This document shows, piece after piece, positions 53,761-63,331 of a stretch of 64,000 nt of DNA. The first letter of the stretch is position 1. The number at the start of each line of letters is the position of its first letter. The translations under genes were made by a program, and so were the position numbers. This DNA is from an uncultured virus (IMG/VR IMGVR_UViG_3300032177_003246). Its lineage: Duplodnaviria > Heunggongvirae > Uroviricota > Caudoviricetes. The stretch lies in the IMG/VR virus record IMGVR_UViG_3300032177_003246; one strand, 5' to 3'. The notes under the pieces are model-generated. The model saw only the letters and a list, made by a program, of their open reading frames with translations, was not told where the DNA came from and did not search any database.

Positions 53761-53874
53761 GCACGCGGCGTGCCGTGCGTTTGGAGCAAAGACGCGGCGG
53801 ATCTGGGCGAAACCAAACCCTGGGTACGTGCGTACCTGTATCTGACAGCGCTGGGTGCCCAGACACCCGTATCT
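53761..53874 (-). promoter_or_regulatory. Two direct-repeat palindromic boxes plus sigma54-like promoter
   Basis: Minus strand: AGATACGGGTGtctgggCACCCAG and AGATACAGGTAcgcacgTACCCAGG, 31 bp apart; GG-CACGCCGCGT-GC at 53774-53761; ATG at 53745. Confidence 0.7.
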
Positions 53875-54127
53875 AGCAGACCGGGGCAGCTGACGGCGTC
53901 GCGCTCAAGTTCCACTGCTTAGCGGCATTGGTGCGCCCCCACGCACGATGGAGATCGCGGCTGCCAGGAAGGTCGAGACGCTGCGCAACGCCTGGACTAC
54001 GAAAGCCGCACTTGGTGGCACACACGAACTTGCAGCTCATGTGCAGGCCGGTCGGCAGCTCACGCTCGATGAATTCCGGCGCTCCGCCACAAAGCGGACA
54101 CGGCGCCAGTTCGACGATCTCAAGCAT
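53873..54127 (-). CDS. Lar-like (restriction alleviation) Zn-finger protein
   Basis: ELAPCPLCGG...CATKCG...AAKQWN. Confidence 0.55.
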   Translation of the reverse strand: MLEIVELAPCPLCGGAPEFIERELPTGLHMSCKFVCATKCGFRSPGVAQRLDLPGSRDLHRAWGRTNAAKQWNLSATPSAAPVC

Positions 54128-54133
54128 GGCGTT

Positions 54134-54877
54134 CTACGACACAGCGTCTTCGCTGTCGTCATCGTCATCGTCTGCATCGACGTCAGCATTGATCGCGTCT
54201 TCGTCGAGTTCCTCATCATGCTCGGCCGGCTCGGGCTCAGCGAGCTTCGCGTCCTTCTTCGCCAGCTGCGCGGCGGCGTGTGCCTGCGCCTGCTGCTTCT
54301 TGAGCGCGATCGCTTTCTGCACGACCGCCGGCTTGGGCGCGACCAGCATGATCATGCGCCGCCCTTCAAGATTCGGCGTGACTTCGACCGTCGCGATGTC
54401 GCTGCACCGTACGACCACCCGATCGAGCACGGCCTTGCCGGTTTGGGGATGCGCCATCTCACGCCCGCGGAACACGACCGCGAGACGAACCTTGTTGCCT
54501 TCTTCGAGGAAGCGACGGATGTGCTTCACCTTGAAGTCCATGTCGTGCTCGTCCGTCTTGGGCCGGAACTTGATCTCCTTCGTCTCGAAGACCGTCGTCC
54601 CCTTCCGCTGCTGGCGCTTCTTCTTCGCTTCCTCGAACTTGAACTTGCCGTAGTCCATGATCCGGCACACCGGCGGTGCCGCGGCCGGAGAGATTTCGAC
54701 GAGATCGCAGCCCTTCTCCTGGGCGAGCGCTTGCGCCTGATGCGTCGGCATGACGCCGAGCTGATCGCCCTCGAAGACGACGCGCACCTCTTGCGCACGG
54801 ATGCGGTGGTTGATGCGGTGCCCGTTGTTGTCGGGCCGGCGGCGCTCGAAGCGCCCATGACCTGGACGGCCATTCAT
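54134..54877 (-). CDS. infC: Translation initiation factor IF-3 with acidic C-terminal extension
   Basis: RINHRIRAQEVRV, DLVEISP.A.PPVCRIMDYGKFKFE, KEIKFRP, RFLEEGNKV, FRGRE. Confidence 0.95.
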   Translation of the reverse strand: MNGRPGHGRFERRRPDNNGHRINHRIRAQEVRVVFEGDQLGVMPTHQAQALAQEKGCDLVEISPAAAPPVCRIMDYGKFKFEEAKKKRQQRKGTTVFETKEIKFRPKTDEHDMDFKVKHIRRFLEEGNKVRLAVVFRGREMAHPQTGKAVLDRVVVRCSDIATVEVTPNLEGRRMIMLVAPKPAVVQKAIALKKQQAQAHAAAQLAKKDAKLAEPEPAEHDEELDEDAINADVDADDDDDDSEDAVS

Positions 54878-55052
54878 AGGTGGTGCATGTGCAGGGGAAG
54901 TCCTCGTGGGCAGCGTTGTACTGCATCCACAGAACCTGTCGCAAGACGAACAGCAACGGCCACGAGCCGTCCGTCAGACACTCGTAAGGGGCGGGATCTG
55001 CTCGATCGGGCAGCTTCTTCGCCTGGTAGGGGCGCGTGATACACAAGATCGC

Positions 55053-55955
55053 ATGGGCGATAACGCGGAACTCCACCGCAAGATCCACGACTTCCTCCTG
55101 ACCGAGTGGGCGCGGAAAGACAACCGCCAGCTCGTCGAGGTTCACCTCATGTACGCGCCCACCGGAGGCTATCGCAACGAGCCCATCCGTAAGTGGATAC
55201 GCGCTGACGAGCCCGAATTCTTTGCCGAGATCATCAACGTCGAGAAGCTCGTCACGCAGATCGTCGAGATTGCCGAGGGCGAGGTCGACGGAAAACCGCC
55301 TGGAAGGCACAGCTTCCGCCTACGCACGCAGCAGCATCTAGGGGAGCAGGCGAGCATGTCGTTCGCCCTCCAGCCCAGCTACAACGGCAACGACGAAAAC
55401 GCGATCATGTCGAACTTCAGCGGCGCTCGTGGTGGCGGTGGTGGCGGTGGTGGCGGATCAGAAATCGCTGCGGCACAGATCCTCGCGAGCAACAACGGGC
55501 AGCTCATGCGGATCAACACCCAGATGTTCGATGGGACGATCCGCGTCCTCGGACATCAGGTGCAAAACCTCCACGAGCAGGTCATCGCCCTGACTGCCGA
55601 GAACTCGAAGCTGCGTACCGAGCTAGAGGAGGCGCGATCGAACCGCATGGATCGCGAGTTCCAGATGGCGATGGCGCACGAAAAGAACGCGCGCAGCAAC
55701 CAGGCTCTCCAGAAAGTGCTCCAGCTCGGTACCGTCGTGGTCGCCAAGATCGGTGCCGATGGATCAGGCTCCCAACAGATGGGCGAGGGCAACCCGCTCA
55801 CGATGCTGATCAGCGAGTTCTATCAGTCCCTGCGCGAAGATCAGCGCATGGGTCTCGTGCAGATCCTCGACATGCCGCAGAAGATCATGTTCTTCGAGAT
55901 CGTGAAGCTCGTGACCCCGCAGCAGGGGCAGGGCCAGCCGCCACCGGCGAAGTAA
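55053..55955 (+). CDS. Hypothetical protein with coiled coil
   Basis: Strong codon bias; divergent from infC. Confidence 0.7.
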   Translation: MGDNAELHRKIHDFLLTEWARKDNRQLVEVHLMYAPTGGYRNEPIRKWIRADEPEFFAEIINVEKLVTQIVEIAEGEVDGKPPGRHSFRLRTQQHLGEQASMSFALQPSYNGNDENAIMSNFSGARGGGGGGGGGSEIAAAQILASNNGQLMRINTQMFDGTIRVLGHQVQNLHEQVIALTAENSKLRTELEEARSNRMDREFQMAMAHEKNARSNQALQKVLQLGTVVVAKIGADGSGSQQMGEGNPLTMLISEFYQSLREDQRMGLVQILDMPQKIMFFEIVKLVTPQQGQGQPPPAK

Positions 55956-55958
55956 CAG

Positions 55959-56447
55959 CTACGCCTTGACCGTGCGGCTCGGCTTGCCAGGCTTCTTGCC
56001 TTGGTCGCGAGCTTCATGCGCGAACGGGCGCAGCGCAGCGGTGACGAGCTTGAGATCCGTCGACGCCGGCCGTTTCCTCAGCAGCTCGGCCCGGAACACC
56101 TTCTCGCGCTCCAGGGCGACGTCGTGGGCGTCGTCGTAGTTGACGCCGCCATAGAGGACGAGGTTGCGCTCGACGATCTCGTGAAAGACCGTCGCGATGC
56201 GATCCAGCACGTGCATGGCATCGTCGATCCAGATCTCACCCGGAGGGACGTAGCCAGGATATGCAGCCTCGTTCCCACCCTGCGTGAAATCGATGTCGAT
56301 GTCGTTGCGCACCTTCTCACCAGACACGAGGTACACGGGGAGCCCCGTGACGTAACCGAGCCGGCGAATGCGGGGCGATTCAAGGGCCAAGGCTTGCTTG
56401 ATTTCGCGATCTAGCTGCGCGTGCGATTTCCTCGAAGGTGTTGCCAC
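55959..56447 (-). CDS. Hypothetical protein with QLxREI N-terminus and HExxE...H (zincin-like) motif
   Basis: RKSHAQLDREIKQAL; EIWID...FHEIVE...YDDAH. Confidence 0.6.
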   Translation of the reverse strand: MATPSRKSHAQLDREIKQALALESPRIRRLGYVTGLPVYLVSGEKVRNDIDIDFTQGGNEAAYPGYVPPGEIWIDDAMHVLDRIATVFHEIVERNLVLYGGVNYDDAHDVALEREKVFRAELLRKRPASTDLKLVTAALRPFAHEARDQGKKPGKPSRTVKA

Positions 56448-56480
56448 GGGGTCATCCTAGCCTGTCTGCCGGGCAGACAC

Positions 56481-57272
56481 TTACTTCGTTTCCGTCGAGC
56501 GAAGCTCTTCACGAATGATGCGGCGTAGGGCGCTCTCATCCGCAGCCCCTTCCGCCTTGTCCCGCAGCCCACGAATCGCGGAATAGAGTCCTGCGGCACC
56601 CATGATCCCGAGCGCTGTCAGCGCACCGATCTTGAGGACACCCAGGATCGCCGTCGCCTCAGAGCCGTTCCCCTCATCGGCGTTCTGCCAGATCGTCTTG
56701 GGGAGTGATGTCGGCTCCGTGCTCTGAAGCGTGACGCCGTGCGCGCGGGCGAGCGCGCGCAGCTGCTTGAGCCGGCTCCACCACTGCTCGAACGTCTCCC
56801 AGCTCGTCGCCATGCGCGTCCACCACGACCTGTTCTCGCGCGCGACAAACTCTCCAAACTCGGCGAACGTCGGCGTGACATCTGCGGCGATCCAGTGCAC
56901 GACGCCGCTCACGTCGGCATCTGGGTCGCTCTTGTTCCGTGCGACCCACAGCGCGAGATCATTCGAGAGCGCCTTGAAACCCGTCGAGACCTGCATCATC
57001 GCGCGCTCGCGATCCGCGACGGTATGAAACAGCTCTTGCCCGACGATCGTCGCCGGTTTCGCAGCTTCGTCCCGACCGCCGATGCCCTTCGTCGCGGCCC
57101 ACATACGCTGCGCACCACGCGCGCCCTTGTAGACGTCGCCGATCGCAGGCAACGCAGGACGCAGCGCGGCGCCGACGGTTTCGTCGCGCACGTAGTCGAG
57201 CGTTTGCTCGCCAACCCATCCAGCCACGAAATGCTGGTCGTCTGGACCGTATGAGCCACGATCGCGCGTCAT
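56481..57272 (-). CDS. Putative virion membrane protein (C-terminal TM), paralog of 63328-63985
   Basis: LFHTVADR...TSWETFEQW..R...PKT.W; C-terminal hydrophobic helix. Confidence 0.65.
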   Translation of the reverse strand: MTRDRGSYGPDDQHFVAGWVGEQTLDYVRDETVGAALRPALPAIGDVYKGARGAQRMWAATKGIGGRDEAAKPATIVGQELFHTVADRERAMMQVSTGFKALSNDLALWVARNKSDPDADVSGVVHWIAADVTPTFAEFGEFVARENRSWWTRMATSWETFEQWWSRLKQLRALARAHGVTLQSTEPTSLPKTIWQNADEGNGSEATAILGVLKIGALTALGIMGAAGLYSAIRGLRDKAEGAADESALRRIIREELRSTETK

Positions 57273-58033
57273 CGTCCCCACCCTACCCCGGATCGCCCGT
57301 AGCATCCGCGCGTGTTCCCCGACACGTGCGGCGCCAGATCCTTGCGTAGATTCCAGTACGCCGTTCCTACCCGATCAACGTAATAGTGACCGTTCTTGGT
57401 GGGATTGAGATCCACCGCCGTTCCCTTGTCAAAGAGTTCCCAGCGGGCTGGCGTGGGAGGCTTTCCAGGCTTGCGATCTGCGGGTGACTCTTTCCACAAA
57501 ATCCAGTGCTTGATGCCAGCGGCCATCAAAGCATCCTTCGCGTCGTCCCACGTCCGTTGAATCGTCGCCCCCGACGTGTCGAGCCGCACGTCGTCGCGTC
57601 CTCCCGCCTTGACGCGCGCGATGACTTCGTCGACGGACATCGGGGTGCCTTTGCCGCCACGAACAACGTCCGTCACGAATGTCCCCAGCCGACGCTGGAA
57701 CTCGTCCTGCGTGAACTCGTCCGCCCCAAGTTCCCAAAGGTAGAAGCGCGCGTCGTCTCGCGTGCGCGCGCTTGGATCCAGCTGCTTCGAGCGCGGCGTG
57801 TTCGCGACAGGAGCCATCCAGAAAAACAGGGGCTGCGCGTCTTTCGGACGCGGCGGTAGCGCGGGGGCTGGCTGCGAAGGAGCGCTTCCACCGTCAGTTC
57901 GAGCGTCGCCCCCGCCTCCTCCGAGACCGAAGCCGCCGAAGCCGAAGTTTCGGATGAGCCAGTAGAGACCAAAACCGACGCCAACGCCGAGCGTGAGCTT
58001 GCCGAGCGTTTCTGCTGTGGAGTTCTCAGCCAT
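57269..58033 (-). CDS. Hypothetical protein with N-terminal TM
   Basis: LTLGVGVGFGLYWLI followed by a Gly-rich linker. Confidence 0.65.
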   Translation of the reverse strand: MAENSTAETLGKLTLGVGVGFGLYWLIRNFGFGGFGLGGGGGDARTDGGSAPSQPAPALPPRPKDAQPLFFWMAPVANTPRSKQLDPSARTRDDARFYLWELGADEFTQDEFQRRLGTFVTDVVRGGKGTPMSVDEVIARVKAGGRDDVRLDTSGATIQRTWDDAKDALMAAGIKHWILWKESPADRKPGKPPTPARWELFDKGTAVDLNPTKNGHYYVDRVGTAYWNLRKDLAPHVSGNTRGCYGRSGVGWGR

Positions 58034-58039
58034 GCCGCC

Positions 58040-58996
58040 TCATCCGATCACCTGCTTCATGATCGGATCGATCTTGTCCCAGATGTCTTGGCACGTCACG
58101 GTCTTCAAACCGAACGGATCAACCTCGGTACCCTTGCCGGTCGTCACGATCAGCTTCACCTGCGACGTTGACGGATCCCAGACCGCTCGAAGCCTGACGT
58201 TGTACTTACGCGTGTCGATGTTGTAGGGATTGCTGCCCGCGACGCCCATCCCTTCGGATCGCAGCTTCACCAGGAGCGCGTCTTTGACGCGCTCCGTGAC
58301 GCGCTTGTACGTGCGCACACCGCACTGCCCAACGCCGAGAGCTTTCAAGGCAGCGGCGATGCGCTTGTTGTTCTCGTCGACCTTCGCCGCGCTGTCGCTC
58401 ACCGCTTGGCGCTCATCTTGGGTCTGTGCATTCTTGGCAGCTTCCGCCGTGTTCTGCGCGGCTTGCTGATTCGCGTCCGTGGCCTCAGCGACATGATCGG
58501 TTGCGACGTCCGCTGCTGCCTGCGCGCCATCCGGCGGCTGCGGTTGCTGCGGCTGCGGCTGCGGTTGCTGGGGCTGCGGCTGCGGCTGCGGTTGCGGTTG
58601 CGGTTGCTGGGGTTGCGGCTGCGGCTGCGGCTGCGGCTGCGGCTGCTGTGGCTGCGGCTGTGGCTGCGTCGGTCGCGACTGCGGCTGAGGTTGCGGTTGT
58701 GGTTGTGGTTGTGGTTGTGGCTGCTGTGTCGGGCGCGGCTGCGGTTGAGGCTGCACCGGCGGCCTCGGGCGTGGTGGCGCCTCCGGTGCTGTGGAAGCAG
58801 CTTGCTGCTGACGACGCGCTGCGGTCACTGTCGCGTTTTGCGCGTTGTTCAAATGAGCATCAGCCGCCTGGTGAGCCGCGTGAGCCGCGCGGATCGCCTG
58901 CGCGTAGGCGTCGACCCGTGAACGCGTCCGCGGCGAAAATTCGTACGCGGTGAGTGCCACGCCGATGCCGAGCGCGATCACGATCAGCGGGATCAC
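58040..58996 (-). CDS. N-terminal TM, PQ-repeat protein
   Basis: MIPLIVIALGIGVAL, long (PQ)n tract, globular C-terminus. Confidence 0.7.
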   Translation of the reverse strand: MIPLIVIALGIGVALTAYEFSPRTRSRVDAYAQAIRAAHAAHQAADAHLNNAQNATVTAARRQQQAASTAPEAPPRPRPPVQPQPQPRPTQQPQPQPQPQPQPQPQSRPTQPQPQPQQPQPQPQPQPQPQQPQPQPQPQPQPQQPQPQPQQPQPPDGAQAAADVATDHVAEATDANQQAAQNTAEAAKNAQTQDERQAVSDSAAKVDENNKRIAAALKALGVGQCGVRTYKRVTERVKDALLVKLRSEGMGVAGSNPYNIDTRKYNVRLRAVWDPSTSQVKLIVTTGKGTEVDPFGLKTVTCQDIWDKIDPIMKQVIG

Positions 58997-59413
58997 GGGA
59001 CGTTCACGATCTCGTCGAGAAAGTCTCGCGCATCAATCTGCGCAAGCGCGTGACCCCCGGTCGAAAGCTTTTGCTGACCAGCCGATCGCAGGCCTTCAAC
59101 CGCAAACGCGGCCGAGCGAGCGGCGCACACTGCATCGCCGCTGCGATCGAACACGAGCGCGTAGGTCGCCGCCCAGACGAGACGCTCGCCGTCGCTCATC
59201 GAGGCTTCCTAGGAACGAGGGCCGCACGATCGGCAACACCTTCACGCGTCATTCGCGCGTTGTAACGCGCGACGCAGGTCGTTAGGAGAAGCGTGCTCGG
59301 ACACCGAGCCGTAAGCCTGAAGGCCTCCGGTCGAAAAGTCATGACGGTGCCGTCACGCTTCTCGATCATGACGGAATAGTCTTCGAGCACGTCGGTCGGC
59401 ACGTGGGCTCCCT

Positions 59414-59815
59414 TCACAGCTTCTCGGCGATGAGCCCCATGCCGCCCCACAGCGCAGAGCGCGTGAAGTTCACGCAGCCCTCCGACAGGCGGGTGAGTGC
59501 GTCGGTGCTGCCGAAGCTGCCAGCCTTGCCGCTGAGCACGCGGCGATCGATCTGGCAGCCCGCATACTCGACGAGCGTTCCCAAGATCCCGTACGCGAAG
59601 CCGCGCGCGAGGATCGGCCAGTTGTCCACGTACGGCGCGACGGCCGTAAGTACGACGCCGTTGACCGCGTAGACCGGCATGAACGGGATCTTCGCGCCTT
59701 GAAACACCGACGAGTAGCGGTCCTGTTCGCAGAGCGCGTTCTCCGCGACCCATCCGCCAACGCCGAACAGGGCCATCTTTTGGACGATGTCTCCGATATT
59801 TACTTTCGATGCCAT
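59414..59815 (-). CDS. CmpB/TMEM229-like ('putative ABC transporter permease') membrane protein
   Basis: FGVGGWVAE...PFMPVY...TLVEY.G...SALWG; AGGAG RBS upstream. Confidence 0.6.
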   Translation of the reverse strand: MASKVNIGDIVQKMALFGVGGWVAENALCEQDRYSSVFQGAKIPFMPVYAVNGVVLTAVAPYVDNWPILARGFAYGILGTLVEYAGCQIDRRVLSGKAGSFGSTDALTRLSEGCVNFTRSALWGGMGLIAEKL

Positions 59816-59906
59816 GGCTTCTCCTGTCTCAGCGTGAGATCGCTCTTAGTATATCTCGGCCACGCGCGCCTACTCGAACGCGGCACGCGCGTTCCTTTCA
59901 GTGCGT

Positions 59907-61793
59907 TCAACCAACCGTCACGATCGGAGCGTTGGGGATAACAGCCCGCGGCTTTGCATCACCGATCGCCTCGTCGTGAATGCGCGCGCTGCCGTCCGGA
60001 TCCTTGTCACAGGCCGCGGCGTAGATGAAGACCTCGCGATTGCGGGTCGCGTGCTGGAGCCATTCCATCGCGCGCGCGAGGCTGCCGAAGCCGCGGCCAT
60101 GGAGCGTGCCGTCCGCGTACTGGATGACACCCGCAGCCTTGCCCTGCTTCGTGCTCGCGTGCGTGCGTGCAACATCGCGCATGTCTTCGAGGGCAGCGCC
60201 GACGATCTCTTCCCATTGGCCGACGGTCGCGATGTCGACCCAGCCGCCAGGCGACGCGCCGACGATCTCCTGCCAGCCAGAGACGTTCGGTCCACGACCT
60301 GTCGCCTTCTCCCAGAGCTTGGCCCCCCACTCGCTCTTCATCGCGTTCGCGACGAGATCGGCCACGGCCTTGGCAGCTGGATCACCATTCTCGGCATCCG
60401 TCGCAACGGCCGCGATCTGTTGCTGCGCGTTGGGGTCGCCCTTGGCTGCCTTCTTCGCGGTGTCCTGGACGTGATGCGCCGCCGTCGAGTTCGCGACCGC
60501 CTTCGTGGCCTCTTTCAGCGCGAGTGCGGTCACCGGATCGGTCTTCGCCTGCGCCTGCGCCTGCTGGACGGCCTTCGTCGCCTTGCTGTCGCCCGCTGCC
60601 GACTGCACGAGGTCGTTGGCGAGCTTGCCAGCGATCGGTGCAGCGATCGGCCCGACGCCCGGGATAGCCATCGCCGCCGAGGCGGCGGCGATTCCAGCGG
60701 CGGCCCCGATCGGACCCTTGAGCTTCTTGAACGTCGCCGCGACGCCGCTGGCCACGCCCGTGACGGCGCCCTTCACGGCTCCGGCGATGTCGCCGAGGAT
60801 GCTGCCGCAGATCGTGTCGACGTGCTTGGCAAGCAATGCCCCGACGATCGCATCCTCGGCCATACCGACCGCCGTCTCGACGGTGCTGACGACCGTCTCC
60901 GGTGCTGGCTTGGGCGCGTGCATTCCATCGTGCCAGCTCGCGAGCTTCTGCATGACCATCGCGATCGCAGGCGCGAGGTTCATCGACGTCTCGTAGCACT
61001 TGCCGTCGACGCAGATCTTGACGTGCAGGACCTGCTTGTCGTCGAGGCGCTTTTCGACCGTGACGCCACCAGTGGCGGGTGCGACGATCGGCGCCAGATC
61101 TTTCGTGAGACCTGTGCGCTGCTCGGCACCGACACTCTCGCGCGTTACGCCTGTCTGCTGGCGAACCTCAGGGAGGACCTTGCGAGCCTCGACAAGGCCC
61201 AGGTGCGGCAACTCGCGACGCCGTAGGAAGCCCTGGTTTGGATACGGAGCGAACGGAGCGCTTTTTTCGAGAGCGCCAAGAAGCTCTCGGAAGGCGAAAA
61301 TCAGTGCAGGCGTGCCCAGCTCCTGTACAGGCCCGTGCGATGCCGAAGCCCCATGAAGGCGCGCGTTGATGCGCTCGGAGAGCGAAAGCAACTCCGACCG
61401 AACGGGCTCATAAACGTTGGTCTCCCAGACGAGCACCGGATACGCCTTCTTGTGACGCTGATAAACGTCGGAGCGACGTTCCGCAAACGCGTGCTGACGC
61501 TTCACCGACGCGACGCGCTCGTCATACGACGTCAGGGTCTTGTGCCGATCTGCTTCTGCCACCCAGGCGTTTTGGATCGACGCGTACTCAGGGCTGCCCG
61601 TGATCTGCGCCGTCGCCGCGCCCACGGCAGCCTGCACGTCTCGCCAGAAGCGCGAGAACTCGGCGTACGCCTGTTGAAAATCCTCCGCCTCTCCTCCAAC
61701 GACCACCCCGTAATAGGGGCGGTACCACGGCCGAAAAAAGCCGAAGCCGGGCGCAGAAAGGGCGGTGAGTTCAGCTCCAAGGGTATGTGTCAC
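59907..61793 (-). CDS. Large Ala-rich putative structural polyprotein
   Basis: Shares an approximately 290-aa module (HVKICVDGKCY.TSM.LAPAI...GAKLWE.ATGRGP) with 61849-62919. Confidence 0.7.
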   Translation of the reverse strand: MTHTLGAELTALSAPGFGFFRPWYRPYYGVVVGGEAEDFQQAYAEFSRFWRDVQAAVGAATAQITGSPEYASIQNAWVAEADRHKTLTSYDERVASVKRQHAFAERRSDVYQRHKKAYPVLVWETNVYEPVRSELLSLSERINARLHGASASHGPVQELGTPALIFAFRELLGALEKSAPFAPYPNQGFLRRRELPHLGLVEARKVLPEVRQQTGVTRESVGAEQRTGLTKDLAPIVAPATGGVTVEKRLDDKQVLHVKICVDGKCYETSMNLAPAIAMVMQKLASWHDGMHAPKPAPETVVSTVETAVGMAEDAIVGALLAKHVDTICGSILGDIAGAVKGAVTGVASGVAATFKKLKGPIGAAAGIAAASAAMAIPGVGPIAAPIAGKLANDLVQSAAGDSKATKAVQQAQAQAKTDPVTALALKEATKAVANSTAAHHVQDTAKKAAKGDPNAQQQIAAVATDAENGDPAAKAVADLVANAMKSEWGAKLWEKATGRGPNVSGWQEIVGASPGGWVDIATVGQWEEIVGAALEDMRDVARTHASTKQGKAAGVIQYADGTLHGRGFGSLARAMEWLQHATRNREVFIYAAACDKDPDGSARIHDEAIGDAKPRAVIPNAPIVTVG

Positions 61794-61848
61794 GACGGCT
61801 CCTCCGTATGCCTGAGGGCAGCCCCAGACTTCATGCGATTGTCTTCGG

Positions 61849-62919
61849 TCACCACGACCACGAGCCGACTGTTCCGGGCCCGCGCCCGGTGGCGCGCTCC
61901 CAGAGCTTCGCGCCCGCTTCTGACGACATGGCGCTCGCGATCAGGTCAGCAACGGCCTTTGCGGCAGGATCGCCCCTCTCCGCACTCTGGGCGACGTCGA
62001 CGATCTTCTGCTTCGCTGCGGGGTCGCCGGCCTCGGCTTTTTGGGCGGTGTCCTTCACGTGATACGCAGCAATCGTCTGAGCGACCGCATCCTGAGCGCT
62101 CTTGAGCGCTTTCGCCGCGACCGGATCTGTCTGGGCCGCTTTCTCGGCCGCTACGACGTCCGGATGCTTCGTCTTCTTACCGAACTCGGCAGTCTGATCG
62201 ATGATCGGGCCGACGAGCTTGGCAGCCGCGGCCCCCGCAAGGGGTCCGCCGTAGACGGTCGCGACCGCCGTGGCCGCTCCTGTGATCGGAACTTTGAGCT
62301 TCTTCACGAGACCTGAAGCGACTTTGTGGATGCCGAGAACATCCAACTTCAACGTGGTGTTCACGACCTTGGTCAGCCCGCCCTTGATGTCGTCGAGCCA
62401 CCCGCCGCTTGCCACATCGATGTGGCGCGCGATCAGCGCGCCAACGATGGCGTCCTTCGCGGCGCCGACCGCAGTCTGGACCTTGTCGACCACGATCAAC
62501 GGTGCGGGCTGCGGAAGATGCATGCCTTGATGCGCGCGCGCAATCTTCTGCATCACCATCGTGATCGCAGGCGCGAGGTCCATCGACGTGGCGTAGCACT
62601 TCCCGTCGACGCAGATCTTGACGTGCATGACTTGCCGGTCGTCGAAACGCGTCTCGACGAGGGCGCCGCCTGTTGCTGGAGCGAGGACCGGAGCAAGCTC
62701 GGCGGTGAGCCCGGCGCGCGAGGGAAGCTCGCCTCCTACGATGTCTACCCAGCCACTGACGAAGGCGCCGTCAAACAGCTCCCGGGATTCGCCATCTGCC
62801 GCTGGTACCCAGCTCGGAATCTCGCGGTAAAACGGGTGTCCACCCCACTGCGCGCGCGGCAGAATGATACCCCCGAAGGGATCGGTCACGATGACACGCC
62901 AAGGATCCGGGCTGTTCAT
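61849..62919 (-). CDS. Paralog of the central module of 59907-61793
   Basis: Long near-identical peptide blocks; TATGAT and GAGG upstream of the ATG. Confidence 0.7.
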   Translation of the reverse strand: MNSPDPWRVIVTDPFGGIILPRAQWGGHPFYREIPSWVPAADGESRELFDGAFVSGWVDIVGGELPSRAGLTAELAPVLAPATGGALVETRFDDRQVMHVKICVDGKCYATSMDLAPAITMVMQKIARAHQGMHLPQPAPLIVVDKVQTAVGAAKDAIVGALIARHIDVASGGWLDDIKGGLTKVVNTTLKLDVLGIHKVASGLVKKLKVPITGAATAVATVYGGPLAGAAAAKLVGPIIDQTAEFGKKTKHPDVVAAEKAAQTDPVAAKALKSAQDAVAQTIAAYHVKDTAQKAEAGDPAAKQKIVDVAQSAERGDPAAKAVADLIASAMSSEAGAKLWERATGRGPGTVGSWSW

Positions 62920-62971
62920 GGCGTCCTCATCATAGGCGCAGACAGCTGCGCGGTCTCTTTATCGTCACCCC

Positions 62972-63331
62972 TCACGGCCGTTTGGTCCCGTATTGACCGC
63001 GTGCGTTGAGGGCTTGCGCCACCTTGGGCTCATCCGGGCGACGCGCAGGGGGGATCGGCGGTCCCGGAGGCACCGGCAGCCGCGCGGTTGCCTGAAATTC
63101 CTCGGCCTGCGCCTGCCCACGTCGAACGAAGTACCGCGTGAGCACGAAGAGGCCTCCAATGAGGCCCGCGGCGCCAACAAGGTGCCCTGGACCGAAGGAT
63201 GTCGTCGAGAACACGTCCTTGGTGAAGAGCGGGTGCTTCGGCGGCGGCGGACGTGGCGGCGGCGGCGTCGTCAGCTTCGTCGTGACCGTCTTCTTGAAGT
63301 CCGTCCAGTCCATCTTCGGCGGCCAGCTCAT
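62972..63331 (-). CDS. Small Pro-rich single-TM protein
   Basis: MSWPPKM...LVGAAGLIGGLFVL; start overlaps the upstream stop. Confidence 0.6.
   Translation of the reverse strand: MSWPPKMDWTDFKKTVTTKLTTPPPPRPPPPKHPLFTKDVFSTTSFGPGHLVGAAGLIGGLFVLTRYFVRRGQAQAEEFQATARLPVPPGPPIPPARRPDEPKVAQALNARGQYGTKRP

Noticed and set aside
58535..58755. (GGCTGC)n-type tandem repeats; also the (TCG)n tract near 28380 and repeats at 48910-49360
   Set aside because: These are coding low-complexity PQ, Ser and Pro tracts, not CRISPR or other non-coding arrays.
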